A stretch of 64,000 nt of DNA from Candidatus Obscuribacteraceae bacterium (GCA_044226015.1 JBGAHS010000001.1:832001-896000); one strand, 5' to 3'; numbered from the stretch's first letter, positions 17,833 to 27,834 are shown. The notes: generated by a model not told the origin, from the letters alone. Translations and numbers: made by a program.

Positions 17833-19680
17833 GTGACTGCAAAGATCAATCAGCTTGTAAACGAACTTTTGTCCCAGGGACGCTGGGATGAAGCCTATTC
17901 TGTGCTTGCCAGTCATGTTTCCAAGAATCCCGATGATCTAGAAATGGTTTACCAGCTTGGCAGCTTTTGCTACACCTCAGGGCGTTTTCCTGAAGCTGAA
18001 AAAGCATTGCGCCAATGTTTGACCGGTCCATTTGGTGCTGAGGCGCAATATGTTTTGGGGCTGACTTTTCTGAAATTGCGAAGACCCACTGATGCTGTTG
18101 GTGCTTTTCGTGAAGCGTGTGAGAAGAAGGAAAATTTCTCACTTGGACATTTGCACTGGGGCATTGCTCTGGCTTCGATGGGAAGCTGGAAAGGTGCTCT
18201 TGGGCAGTTCAAGCAGGCTATCAAAATAAATCCTCAACTTCTCGTGGGCTACTATCAGGCTGGTGTTGCTTCCTACAAACTACAGAATTACGACGAAGCA
18301 AAACAGTTCTTCGTAGAATCGTGCAAAATCGACCCCGAATTTTCGGAGTCATGGACAGCCCTTGCGATGACTCAAGCAGCAGCTCAAGACTATCCTGCAG
18401 CTGTTGCAAGTTTTGAACGAGCCTGGCAGGCTGACCCTAATCAAGCTGCTACCAAGCGTGCCTGGGCAGCTTTATTGATGCGTCTCGGTCGTTTCGATGA
18501 AGCTTCAAAGCAATACCAGGATGCGCTGAACATAAACACACAGATGTTGGACGCACGGGACAGAAGTCTGATTTACAACGACTGGGGTGTAAATCTGTTT
18601 CAGCAGGGAAGGCTTGAAGAAGCCGCCGATAAGCTCTTTCAAGCAGAGGGCGTTGACCCGACTTTGATTGAGGCTCGAATAAATCATGGGCTTGTGAAAA
18701 TAGCCATGCAAGAATTTGAGCACGCACAAGAGGAATTCGAGAAGATTCTCGAAATTGACCCTGAGTGCGCAGAAGCAATGATGCAGCTAGGCATCAATAA
18801 TTTCCTGATGAAACGTTATGCAGAAGCCCAACAGTTTTTGCAGCATGCCTTGAGCAAAGGTTTGGATGTTCCCAACCTGCGATTGTGGCTTGGTTTCTCG
18901 TTTATGTCATTGCGAGAGTTCGAGAAAGCGGAAGATTGTTTCCACAAAATATTGAACGATTATCCTGACAGCGCGATTGCACTCGATGCTCTTGGTGCCA
19001 GTCTTGCGTTTCAAGACAGGCATATTGAAGCTGTACAGAAGTTTCAAACTTGTATCGCCAAGAAACCGGATTATGCTCTGGCACATTTGCATTTGGCACG
19101 TAGTTACGAAGCCTCTGGTCGTGGAACTGAAGCCATGCAAGAATACAAATTGGCTGTGGCAAAAGACCCTGAGTGCTTCTCTCCAGAAAAAGAACTGGTG
19201 GAAGAACTGTTGAAGCAATCTCAGTACGATCTTGTTCAGAACAAATCGAAACGCCTGCTTGAGCTGCTTCCTTCAGATATTGAATCGTACCTGGCTCTTG
19301 CCAGAGCATACAAAGGTCAGGGAAAAATGGAAGAAGCGATGGCTGTCTTGAACTCGCTTACTTCGCTCGATCCTAATTATGGTGCTGCTTATGTTATGCA
19401 AGGGCAGCTGTATCTTTCGCAGGGATTGTTGCTCGATGCAGATGAGAAATTTCGTGTTGCATCGCAATTATATGAAGGCGATGTGATTCTATATTATGGC
19501 TGGGGAAAGACTCTTGGTCTTCTGGGCTTGCATGAGCTTGCGCTGGAAAAATTCGAAAAGGCAAATGAAATAGATCCTTTTGACGCCGATACATACGAAG
19601 CCTGGGGCGCAACACTGAAGATTCTCGGCCGCTATCAGGAGGCGGCTGAGATTTACAGAAAAGCTTCCGAATACATTTAG
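17833..19680 (+). CDS. Multi-TPR protein
   Basis: Continuous ~34-aa TPR-like helical repeats over 615 aa. Confidence 0.9.
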   Translation: MTAKINQLVNELLSQGRWDEAYSVLASHVSKNPDDLEMVYQLGSFCYTSGRFPEAEKALRQCLTGPFGAEAQYVLGLTFLKLRRPTDAVGAFREACEKKENFSLGHLHWGIALASMGSWKGALGQFKQAIKINPQLLVGYYQAGVASYKLQNYDEAKQFFVESCKIDPEFSESWTALAMTQAAAQDYPAAVASFERAWQADPNQAATKRAWAALLMRLGRFDEASKQYQDALNINTQMLDARDRSLIYNDWGVNLFQQGRLEEAADKLFQAEGVDPTLIEARINHGLVKIAMQEFEHAQEEFEKILEIDPECAEAMMQLGINNFLMKRYAEAQQFLQHALSKGLDVPNLRLWLGFSFMSLREFEKAEDCFHKILNDYPDSAIALDALGASLAFQDRHIEAVQKFQTCIAKKPDYALAHLHLARSYEASGRGTEAMQEYKLAVAKDPECFSPEKELVEELLKQSQYDLVQNKSKRLLELLPSDIESYLALARAYKGQGKMEEAMAVLNSLTSLDPNYGAAYVMQGQLYLSQGLLLDADEKFRVASQLYEGDVILYYGWGKTLGLLGLHELALEKFEKANEIDPFDADTYEAWGATLKILGRYQEAAEIYRKASEYI

Positions 19681-19691
19681 GTGCTGCTGCG

Positions 19692-21803
19692 ATGCATCCC
19701 CTTCTTTTAGATCGCCTGGTTAAGTCTCGCAACCTGACTTACTTTCGTCTGGCTTTTGCGCTTGTCGTGCTTGTTTCTGCTCTCGTTATTCAGCGTTTTG
19801 GTGTGCAAGATACTAACCCGGTAGGACTGATTGCAGCTGGCTTTGCTGTATTAGCCTCAAATCTTCTTGCGCTTGCGACTCTTTCAAGTGCAAAGCAGTT
19901 GAATAAGTTTAAAATCGATATGCTCAATGCCGCTTTGCTGGCAGTGGATATCGGTGCACTTTCCTACGTGGTGCATTTCACTGAAGGCGTTGAGTCTGAT
20001 TTCTTTTTTCTATATTTGCTGCCAATTCTCCTTGCTAGCAATGTTTATGAACGAATGGGCATCTTCCTCACTGCCTTTGCAGTCTCTTGTGCATACCTCT
20101 TCACGGTTGTTGCCGAGAATGCTAGCTTCATTCCTTATTTGAATCCTAGTTCAAATCAAGATGGGCTTACTGCGGCTTACGCGCAGCGACTCTGGTTGCA
20201 GATTTCTTCACGCAGTACGATTCTTTTTCTTGTCTCTATGATATGGGCGGTTTTCTGTCACCGCATGATGGGAGTCGTGCAAGAGAGTACTCGGAGGTTA
20301 TCAGAACAATTATCAGCAAACACTCTGCTTCTTGAACAACTTAAGTCCAAAGCCAAAAGAGAGCAGCTTAGCAATGCAATAAGTCTGGCCTTAAGAAGAA
20401 CGCTTGAACCAGAGACAATCTTGAGCACCACCTGTAGTGAACTGAGCGAAGCGCTGAGTGCAAACCATTGTTTGCTTGTGACTTCGAACAGAGATGATGG
20501 CGAGCCTTTAGTCTGGGACTCACGAGTTATAGCTCATGAAGCGATTGATCCATCTCTTCCTCAATCAGTTTGCAAGTTTTTCTTGCAGCACAATTGGTTG
20601 CGCAAATCGGAAGAAACTCCAGTCGGCAAAATGATTATTAGTGATGCTCCTTTTCTTGACCCTGATCTGGCGCCTGTCAAAGACCGGCTTCTTGAAATTG
20701 GTGTGTCCAGCATGCTTGTTCGACCAATTAAATACGGAAGTTCTCTGAAAGGGGTTCTGAGCATTTTGACGTTTGGGTCTCCCAGGCAATGGCTGTCCTC
20801 CGAACTTGAGCTGATAGATTCTGTTGCTGGGCAAGTCGCCATCGCGATCGAACATGCAGAGTTAGTTGGAAAGCTTTCCAATACCAATCAAGATCTTTTG
20901 CACAAAAACGAAAATCTGGACAGCAAAAATCTTGAGTTGAGAGAAATGCAGTCTCAGATGATTCATCATGAGAAAATGGCTTCATTGGGGCGAATTGTGG
21001 CAGGCATTGCTCATGAATTGAATAATCCTATCAATTTCGTTCACGGTAATTTGCCTTATTTAACTCAGTACTTTGACGAGTTAAAGCAAGTAATTTCTTG
21101 CCTGGATGAGCTTCCGGAAGAGTATCAAAAGGTGGTTCAAGAAGCCAAGAAAAAAATAAATTACGATTTCGTGGTTACAGACTTAGACAACATAATCGCA
21201 GACCTTGTTGAAGGCACTGAGCGTATTCGCCAAATAATACGAAACTTGCGCAGTTTTAGCCGCCTGGATGAAGCTGAATTGAAAGAGGCTTCAATTGAAG
21301 AAGGAATTGAGTCAACAATAAAAATTCTCAGCCAATACTATGGACGAGACAAAGTTGCGCTCGAACTCGACTTTTGTGGACTACCGCCGTTGCTTTGCTT
21401 CCCGGGTAAGTTAAATCAGGTTTGGATGAATTTGCTTTCTAATGCAGCCCAGGCACTCGAGGGCAAGCCCGACCCGCGGGTCTTTGTGAAAACTCAAATT
21501 GAGCCCGATACTGATACTTTCATCGTTTCGGTGGAAGACAATGGGCCTGGCATTATGAGTCCAGATCAGAGTAAAATCTTTGAGCCCTTTTTCACGACCA
21601 AGCCGGTCGGTCAGGGGACGGGTCTCGGTCTTTCGATTTCACATTCCATTGTGGAAAGACACGGAGGTCGTATCTGGTTTGAATCTGAAGCAGGCAAGGG
21701 AACAAAGTTTTTGGTAAGACTCCCATTGCATGCACCCCCCGCAGAGTTGCAAGATTTGGAAGATCAGTCGGTTTCTGATGTAAATTCCATAGTGTCCAGA
21801 TGA
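19692..21803 (+). CDS. Membrane-bound GAF-domain sensor histidine kinase (NtrB-like)
   Basis: N-terminal TMs, GAF (ELELIDSVAGQVAIAIEHA), EKMASLG..AGIAHELNNP, NQVWMNLLSNA, DNGPG, FEPFFTTK, GTGLGLS. Confidence 0.95.
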   Translation: MHPLLLDRLVKSRNLTYFRLAFALVVLVSALVIQRFGVQDTNPVGLIAAGFAVLASNLLALATLSSAKQLNKFKIDMLNAALLAVDIGALSYVVHFTEGVESDFFFLYLLPILLASNVYERMGIFLTAFAVSCAYLFTVVAENASFIPYLNPSSNQDGLTAAYAQRLWLQISSRSTILFLVSMIWAVFCHRMMGVVQESTRRLSEQLSANTLLLEQLKSKAKREQLSNAISLALRRTLEPETILSTTCSELSEALSANHCLLVTSNRDDGEPLVWDSRVIAHEAIDPSLPQSVCKFFLQHNWLRKSEETPVGKMIISDAPFLDPDLAPVKDRLLEIGVSSMLVRPIKYGSSLKGVLSILTFGSPRQWLSSELELIDSVAGQVAIAIEHAELVGKLSNTNQDLLHKNENLDSKNLELREMQSQMIHHEKMASLGRIVAGIAHELNNPINFVHGNLPYLTQYFDELKQVISCLDELPEEYQKVVQEAKKKINYDFVVTDLDNIIADLVEGTERIRQIIRNLRSFSRLDEAELKEASIEEGIESTIKILSQYYGRDKVALELDFCGLPPLLCFPGKLNQVWMNLLSNAAQALEGKPDPRVFVKTQIEPDTDTFIVSVEDNGPGIMSPDQSKIFEPFFTTKPVGQGTGLGLSISHSIVERHGGRIWFESEAGKGTKFLVRLPLHAPPAELQDLEDQSVSDVNSIVSR

Positions 21804-22927
21804 GGTCAGTCCAAGACATGAAGCACAGCGTACTGCTAATAGATGACGAACCCGCCAATCTCAGGTTGCTCCGCCGCGTGCTTGGGGCTGAGTATGAAAC
21901 CAAGCTTGCAGAAAATGGAGCGGATGGTCTGAAAATTCTCGAGTCAGAGAAGATTAGTTTGATAATCTCTGACCAACGCATGCCTGGAATGACGGGTGTA
22001 CAAGTTCTGGAGGCCTCACAAAAGATTCAGCCAGAAGCGATTCGAATTCTATTAACAGGTTATACCGACATTCAGGCGCTAATAGATGCAATTAACTCTG
22101 GCCGAATTTATAAGTATGTCCAAAAACCCTGGGATGCTGAAGACTTAAAGCTTACTGTCAAAAGAGCTATTGAAAGTCTTGAGCTAAAGCAGGCTAACGA
22201 CAGTTTGGTTCTTGAGTTGCAGGCCGCATTGAAGCAGTTGGAGAACATCTCAATTGGAACAATTGTTGCCCTTGCAAACGCCCTTGATGCAAAATGCGAT
22301 TACACATCAGGGCATAGTTTAAGGGTGAGTCGGTTTGCTCTGGGCATCGCCAGGCAACTGGGTTTTAGCGCTGACGAATTGCGTGATATTGAGCTTGCCG
22401 GAATCTTGCACGACATCGGGAAGATTGGTGTCCCCGAATCGATTCTCTGGAAGCCTGAGCGATTGAATCCGGAAGAGCAAAAAATAATGGCTATTCATCC
22501 AGTTCGATCAGCTGAGATGATTCAAGAGATTGAACACTTCGAAAGAGTGCGCTTGTGGGTGAAGCATCATCATGAGCACCTCGATGGAAGTGGGTACCCT
22601 GATGGACTAGTTGGAAACGCTATTCCCATTGGAGCGAGAATTGTTCTGGTGGCAGATGCCTTTGATGCTATGACAAGCGATCGACCTTATCGCAAATCAA
22701 TCGGATTTGAAAAAGCTAGTGCAGAATTACAAAAATATTCTGGTCGTCAATTTGACCCTGACCTCGTTCAGGCACTATTGAATTGCAAGTGCGAAGATGA
22801 CAGCCCACTCAGCGAAGGTGGAATTCCAGCAAGTCATTTAGGTCTTAAGTTAGGCGCAATAGATCCGCGGCAGTCTGGTAAACAGTATCTAGCGGAATCC
22901 GAACGGCAGGCTCGGAATCAGGTGTGA
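21800..22927 (+). CDS. Response regulator with HD-GYP cyclic-dinucleotide phosphodiesterase domain (RpfG-like)
   Basis: REC (LIDDE, SDQRMP, KPW), then YTSGHS, LHDIGKIG, HHEHLDGSGYPDGL, VADAFDAMTSDRPY; ATGA overlap with the kinase. Confidence 0.95.
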   Translation: MRSVQDMKHSVLLIDDEPANLRLLRRVLGAEYETKLAENGADGLKILESEKISLIISDQRMPGMTGVQVLEASQKIQPEAIRILLTGYTDIQALIDAINSGRIYKYVQKPWDAEDLKLTVKRAIESLELKQANDSLVLELQAALKQLENISIGTIVALANALDAKCDYTSGHSLRVSRFALGIARQLGFSADELRDIELAGILHDIGKIGVPESILWKPERLNPEEQKIMAIHPVRSAEMIQEIEHFERVRLWVKHHHEHLDGSGYPDGLVGNAIPIGARIVLVADAFDAMTSDRPYRKSIGFEKASAELQKYSGRQFDPDLVQALLNCKCEDDSPLSEGGIPASHLGLKLGAIDPRQSGKQYLAESERQARNQV

Positions 22928-23891
22928 TCGACGCCGCCTCTGCCGGATGCTCTTTTATAGCAATCACGCGATTATTTTGCAGCAATAGTTTGTCTGGATC
23001 TGTGGGACCAAACAAGGCAACAATGCTTTTTTGCAATGCCGATGCAATATGCATCGGAGCCGAGTCGACACAAATCACAAGCTCTGAAAGTTCCATCAAT
23101 GCTGCCAGTTCCTGAATGGAAGAAGTCTTCCCATAAGCATCTATGAACAAACCACCCTGAGCATCAGGCATGTCGCCGAGCTGCTTTTTGATATCAGATA
23201 CGGTGGCTTCATCATCTGGACCACCACAAAGCATTACTTCCAAATTGTGAGCAAGAAGTTTGCGCGTCAATTCAGCCCAGTTGCGTGACGACCAGGTCTT
23301 AATAATGCCTTTTTTGAGAGCCATTTGGCTCATTCCAGGATGAATAATTATCAGCTTTCCACTGGTTATGCAGGCAGCCTTCTTGCGTTCGTCCTGCACA
23401 AATCCACGCATCTTGTTGAGAGCTTGATGGTCCAGGTCCACCCGCGGTGCGGATGAGGGGAGCTTTATATTCAGCCCGCGCACCAGGTCATGATACATTT
23501 CGCCAGCGTACTGTTCTTTGTTCAGTGGCACGGCACTTGTCAGAAGCATTCGAGAAAGCGAACCTGAATCGTAGCCCACCCTCGTTTTGATACCACTTAG
23601 AAACAACAAGATACAGACCTTGCTGGATGATCCGGAGGAAAGGACGATGTCATATTTTCCTTTTCGAATCAGGCTGACAAGATCTAAATAATCGCCGACC
23701 TGCAGGTCTTTTTTGATGTCAAATACGATGTTCTGATCTATCAAGCGAGACAGCTGGGCGATAGCCTTTGATCGCGGTTCCGTGAGCAAAGTTATTTCCC
23801 AGTCAGGGTTTGCAGCTTTTACACTTTTCAACGTGGGTAGAAATAAAACCTCATCGCCAAGACCACCGAAGTTGATTGCTAAGAATTTCAT
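22845..23891 (-). CDS. GT9 glycosyltransferase (heptosyltransferase-like, cyanobacterial type)
   Basis: MKFLAINFGGLGDEVLFLPTL, IIIHPGMS, ICVDSAPMHIA, ALFGPTDP. Confidence 0.9.
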   Translation of the reverse strand: MKFLAINFGGLGDEVLFLPTLKSVKAANPDWEITLLTEPRSKAIAQLSRLIDQNIVFDIKKDLQVGDYLDLVSLIRKGKYDIVLSSGSSSKVCILLFLSGIKTRVGYDSGSLSRMLLTSAVPLNKEQYAGEMYHDLVRGLNIKLPSSAPRVDLDHQALNKMRGFVQDERKKAACITSGKLIIIHPGMSQMALKKGIIKTWSSRNWAELTRKLLAHNLEVMLCGGPDDEATVSDIKKQLGDMPDAQGGLFIDAYGKTSSIQELAALMELSELVICVDSAPMHIASALQKSIVALFGPTDPDKLLLQNNRVIAIKEHPAEAASITPDSEPAVRIPLDTVYQTAADLLRLT

Positions 23892-23970
23892 TTGACCTTC
23901 CCTGGGTGCCTTAACGGACAAGCAATTTGAGCTTCGCTTATAATAAGCCAGTTCGGTTTGAGATAAAAGA

Positions 23971-25218
23971 TTGAGAACTCAATCAAATTGGTTTCTGATG
24001 ATTGTAGGCTGCGCTCTTCTGGGCGTAGGGCTCGGCTACATCGTCACTCTTTTGATTCGTCCGCAGATGCTTCCGCCGTCGCTCAGGCTGGGAGGCTTGG
24101 CAAGACCGAGCACCGTTTTACTTTTGGGCGTTGATATCGTCTATGGTGGTGACCGTCGCCATCTTAAAGCAGACCCTGCTTCCTTTCAGGGGCGCTCAGA
24201 TACCATAATGCTGGCTAGATTTGATCCTCCCAGAAACTCATTCTATGTGCTTTCTATACCACGCGATACCAATGCGAGTATTCCTGGACATGGAAGACAA
24301 AAGATAAATGGTGCCAATGCAATCGGTGGTGAGCAGCTTGCCATGGAAGCTGTCGAAGAACTCACAGGAATGCATATTGATCATTTCGTCATTTTGAATG
24401 TGCACGGACTCGTTGAAATGGTTGATGCTCTTGGTGGTGTCACTATCCAGATTCCGAAGAAAATGAAGTATCGAGACCGTTCAGCAAAGCTCAATATCAA
24501 TCTTGATGCGGGTCCCCATACTCTCACCGGAAGCGAAGCTATGGGGTTTGTGCGTTTTCGGCATGATGCCTTGGGTGATATTGGAAGAGTTCAAAGGCAA
24601 GAACTCTTTATTCAAGCCGTTATGGATAAAGCGATGAGTCCTGCTTCATGGGCCAAGGTTCCAGAATTGCTAGCAATTGCACAGAAGCATGTGAAAACCG
24701 ACATGAAGATTCCTCAAATCATGCAAGTTCTCTCATTTGTCAGAGCTGTGCCAAAACCCAATCAACACATGATCATGCTGCCTGGAAATTTTTCAGGTAC
24801 GGGTGATTGGGCTGCAGATGATAGCGCTCTTAAAAATGTTGTTGCCACCATGACTGGTTCAGCCGTGACAGTTTGTGATCGAAGTGAAATGCGTATCAGT
24901 ATTGAGAATGCCAGTTCTAGCCCTGGTCTTGGGCGAAAAGTCTCAAGATATTTAGGCAATCTTGGTTATCCTGTGATTTCGGTGTCCGGTAAATCTGAGA
25001 TTTTTTCAAGCCCGCAGGCGTTGACTAAAATCATTGCCATGAGAGGAAACTTCAGCGAAGCTTCTTTACTGAAGGGAGACCTGGGCAAAAATGGGGAAAT
25101 AATTAGTGCGTCAATTGGTGATATTCAGAGTACACTTACTTTAGTGGCTGGTGATGACCTGATACCGCTGGTGGAGTCATCTGCATCTACTGCTGACACA
25201 AAAAGACGTCGTCGCTGA
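23971..25218 (+). CDS. LCP (LytR-CpsA-Psr) family protein with LytR C-terminal domain
   Basis: N-terminal TM, LLLGVD, GRSDTIM, LSIPRDT, KINGA, FVRFRHD..GDIGRVQRQ. Confidence 0.95.
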   Translation: MRTQSNWFLMIVGCALLGVGLGYIVTLLIRPQMLPPSLRLGGLARPSTVLLLGVDIVYGGDRRHLKADPASFQGRSDTIMLARFDPPRNSFYVLSIPRDTNASIPGHGRQKINGANAIGGEQLAMEAVEELTGMHIDHFVILNVHGLVEMVDALGGVTIQIPKKMKYRDRSAKLNINLDAGPHTLTGSEAMGFVRFRHDALGDIGRVQRQELFIQAVMDKAMSPASWAKVPELLAIAQKHVKTDMKIPQIMQVLSFVRAVPKPNQHMIMLPGNFSGTGDWAADDSALKNVVATMTGSAVTVCDRSEMRISIENASSSPGLGRKVSRYLGNLGYPVISVSGKSEIFSSPQALTKIIAMRGNFSEASLLKGDLGKNGEIISASIGDIQSTLTLVAGDDLIPLVESSASTADTKRRRR

Positions 25219-25379
25219 CCCTTAGAGTTCTCAAGTTAAGGTGTGTAACCGAAATTTACGCCATTTTCGAGGAATTCTATAGTAATTATTACGATTCGGT
25301 GGCATGATGAACGCGTCGATTATGTTTGAATAGCTCTTGGCGAGCGCGGCGGCGGTCTGAAACAAAAGGTGGCAAATTT

Positions 25380-25604
25380 ATGATTCATTATCTATATGCA
25401 ACACGTGGTGGTTACTTGTACATGGTTGGACGCTACAATTCCCAACCCAAAGCAGAAAACGAAGGCGAATTCGTGCTTTCAGTTCCAGACAAAACTCCAC
25501 AAGCTGCAATAGATAGTCAAGCTCACCGTCGTTTCATGGAGCATTTGAGACGCCCACGCAGAGCAAACCACCACCACCACCATCGCGAAACCGCCAACGT
25601 GTAA
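25380..25604 (+). CDS. Small hypothetical protein (74 aa) with Arg-rich / His5 C-terminus
   Basis: ATG at 25380 after AAAGGTGG; ends RRPRRANHHHHHRETANV; followed by a terminator. Confidence 0.6.
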   Translation: MIHYLYATRGGYLYMVGRYNSQPKAENEGEFVLSVPDKTPQAAIDSQAHRRFMEHLRRPRRANHHHHHRETANV

Positions 25605-25627
25605 TCGCATTAGCCAATGAATTCTTG

Positions 25628-25660
25628 AAAGACTCGGTAAATACCGGGTCTTTTGCTTTT
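25628..25660 (+). terminator. Intrinsic terminator after the small His-tail ORF
   Basis: AAAGACTCGGTA-aa-TACCGGGTCTTT followed by TGCTTTT. Confidence 0.75.
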
Positions 25661-26155
25661 GAATTGAATTTTCGCTCAGGCAAAAAACGCTTATGGAGAT
25701 GTGTAGAAGCTAATAAATGGAATCGTATTTCAAATATGACTTTCGCAATTCAAATAAGAGTTCGGATTATCTTTTTCCTGTTTTTTTTTCCGAACTGTTA
25801 TTTGATTCCCCAAATGAATCGTTCATATATAGATGGCGTCCCTTATCGATATTCAATCTGCTTTTTCTGCTTGCTGGCTGTATTCATCAGCCTTTAGCCT
25901 CTATGAGGCGCGGATTTGACTACCGGGTATCTTTCCCACTTGTCAAATAAAAAGTGCAAAAATACCGCGCAAAATAGGGTTTGTGAGATACGTTTAATTT
26001 TTCTGGGGCGTTATGCCGTTATTCCAAGAATTTTCACGGGCATTTCCTTTGTAGGAGAAGCGAGTTGTGTTCACTCCATTGAAGGTTGAAACATTTTGCT
26101 TTTGAGATTTCGCGATCTTGTTTAGGAAGTGTGTGTGTTGAGAGGAAATGAGTTA

Positions 26156-26659
26156 ATGAGAAAGATAAAAGGGTTTACTCTAGTCGAGCTTCTGGTCGTC
26201 GTTGTAATTATCGGTATTCTTGCCGCTATCGCTTTGCCTAACTTCATTGGAGCTCAGAAAAAGGCGAAAGCTGCTGCTGTTAAAGGCAACTGCCGTACAG
26301 TACAAATTGCTGCTGAGTCCTATGCTACAGACAGCGGCGGTGCATACGCAGCTGACGCAACGGGTGCTCTCTTGAATTACCTACCTGGTGGTTCGAACAC
26401 CATGACTGGAACAGCTGGAACCATGCCAGTCAATCCCGTTACTGGTGCTGTTGGCGCTATCGCTAAGGGAACTTTGGTAACATCCGCTGCAATTACAGCT
26501 CAACGTGCCAAAGCAGTGGGCGCTGGTACTGCTGCTGCTGGATCACAAGATTACGTTGCTGCTGACAGCGGTAACTCTTATGCCATCACAGGAAGTGACC
26601 CAGATGGAAATTACCTGTCAGGTGTAGGCGGTAAATGTTTGGTTCTTTCGAACCAATAA
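26156..26659 (+). CDS. Type IV pilin (copy 1, probable major pilin)
   Basis: Class III signal MRKIKG|FTLVELLVVVVIIGILAAIALPNF; GAGG RBS; followed by a terminator. Confidence 0.93.
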   Translation: MRKIKGFTLVELLVVVVIIGILAAIALPNFIGAQKKAKAAAVKGNCRTVQIAAESYATDSGGAYAADATGALLNYLPGGSNTMTGTAGTMPVNPVTGAVGAIAKGTLVTSAAITAQRAKAVGAGTAAAGSQDYVAADSGNSYAITGSDPDGNYLSGVGGKCLVLSNQ

Positions 26660-26693
26660 TCTAGTCTAGTCTAGTCTGGTTGTAAAAGCTCTC

Positions 26694-26730
26694 AAGGAGT
26701 GGACCGATTCAGGTCGTGTCTGCTCCTTTT
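26694..26730 (+). terminator. Terminator-like hairpin after pilin 1
   Basis: AAGGAGTGGAC...GTCTGCTCCTT then TT. Confidence 0.65.
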
Positions 26731-26760
26731 GGCGCGTTCTTGTTCATGGGGGATTCTGCG

Positions 26761-27261
26761 GTGAGAAACAAAGGGTTCACTCTGGTCGAATTGCTAGTAG
26801 TTGTTATTATCATTGGTATTCTCGCTGCAATTTCTCTGGCCAATTATGTTTCCGCGAGCAAGAAAGCGAAGAATGCATCTATACGTTCTTGCATGCGGAC
26901 AATACAGATAACCTCCGAAAACTATGCCACTGATAGTGGTGGCAGATATTCGACGACAGCAGCAGGACCTTTCTTGAATTATCTGCCGGGGGGCAGTAAT
27001 AATCCATTTGGATCCGCTGGTATAATGCCTGCTAATCCATTGACTGGGCAAGCAGGGTCTATATCTGATGCTGGAATCGCGACATCGAAAGCTCTGGTGA
27101 CCTTGCGTTCTAAAGCTCCGACTGGTGCGACAGCATCAGCAGGCAACACTTCATACAGTCAGGTTGACTCGGGTGACTCTTACGCTGTAACAGGCAGTGA
27201 TGTCGACGGTACCTATATATCTAACTCCGGAGGTGGGACTCTGGTATTATCGAATCAGTAA
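26761..27261 (+). CDS. Type IV pilin (copy 2, divergent paralog)
   Basis: GTG start, MRNKG|FTLVELLVVVIIIGILAAISLANY; shares YATDSGG, NYLPGGSN and C-terminal LVLSNQ with copies 1 and 3. Confidence 0.92.
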   Translation: MRNKGFTLVELLVVVIIIGILAAISLANYVSASKKAKNASIRSCMRTIQITSENYATDSGGRYSTTAAGPFLNYLPGGSNNPFGSAGIMPANPLTGQAGSISDAGIATSKALVTLRSKAPTGATASAGNTSYSQVDSGDSYAVTGSDVDGTYISNSGGGTLVLSNQ

Positions 27262-27291
27262 GTATTGTGATTACTAAAGGGGGGCTAAGAA

Positions 27292-27801
27292 ATGCTCAAT
27301 AAAAAGCGCAGCGGTTTTACGCTCGTTGAACTTTTGGTGGTGGTTGTTATTATCGGTATTCTTGCTGCGATAGCTTTACCGAATTTTATTGGTGCTCAAA
27401 AGAAAGCCAAGGCTGCTGCAGTCAAAGGCAACTGTAGGACAGTTCAGATTGCTGCAGAGTCCTATGCGACAGATTCCGGCGGTGCTTATGCTGCCGATGC
27501 AACTGGAAGTTTGAGAAACTATTTGCCAGGTGGTTCGAACACCATGACCGGAACTGCTGGCACGATGGCTGTTAATCCGGTGACCGGGGCTGTTGGTGCG
27601 ATTGCAAAGGGAACTTTGGTGACTTCTGCTGCCATCACCGCTCAACGTGCCAAAGCCGTTGGTGCTGGAACTGCTGCTGCTGGTTCGCAGGATTATGTGG
27701 CTGCTGACAGCGGCAACTCGTATGCCATCACAGGAAGTGACCCAGATGGAAACTACCTGGCAGGTGTAGGTGGAAAATGTTTGGTGCTCTCAAACCAATA
27801 G
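27292..27801 (+). CDS. Type IV pilin (copy 3, near-identical protein to copy 1)
   Basis: MLNKKRSG|FTLVELL...; the mature protein differs from copy 1 at 4 of 161 residues. Confidence 0.93.
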   Translation: MLNKKRSGFTLVELLVVVVIIGILAAIALPNFIGAQKKAKAAAVKGNCRTVQIAAESYATDSGGAYAADATGSLRNYLPGGSNTMTGTAGTMAVNPVTGAVGAIAKGTLVTSAAITAQRAKAVGAGTAAAGSQDYVAADSGNSYAITGSDPDGNYLAGVGGKCLVLSNQ

Positions 27802-27834
27802 GTATCTAGGCACTGTACTAAGCAAGCGAACTTC

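Noticed and set aside
25772..26678. Phase variation via the T9 tract (25781-25789) or the (CTAGT)3 repeat after pilin 1
   Set aside because: Both tracts are short, non-coding and not tied to an identifiable promoter spacer.
26156..27801. Electrically conductive (e-)pili, or a silent-cassette antigenic variation system
   Set aside because: Aromatic content is low with long aromatic-free stretches. All three genes have complete leaders, and no recombinase or cassette repeats are visible.
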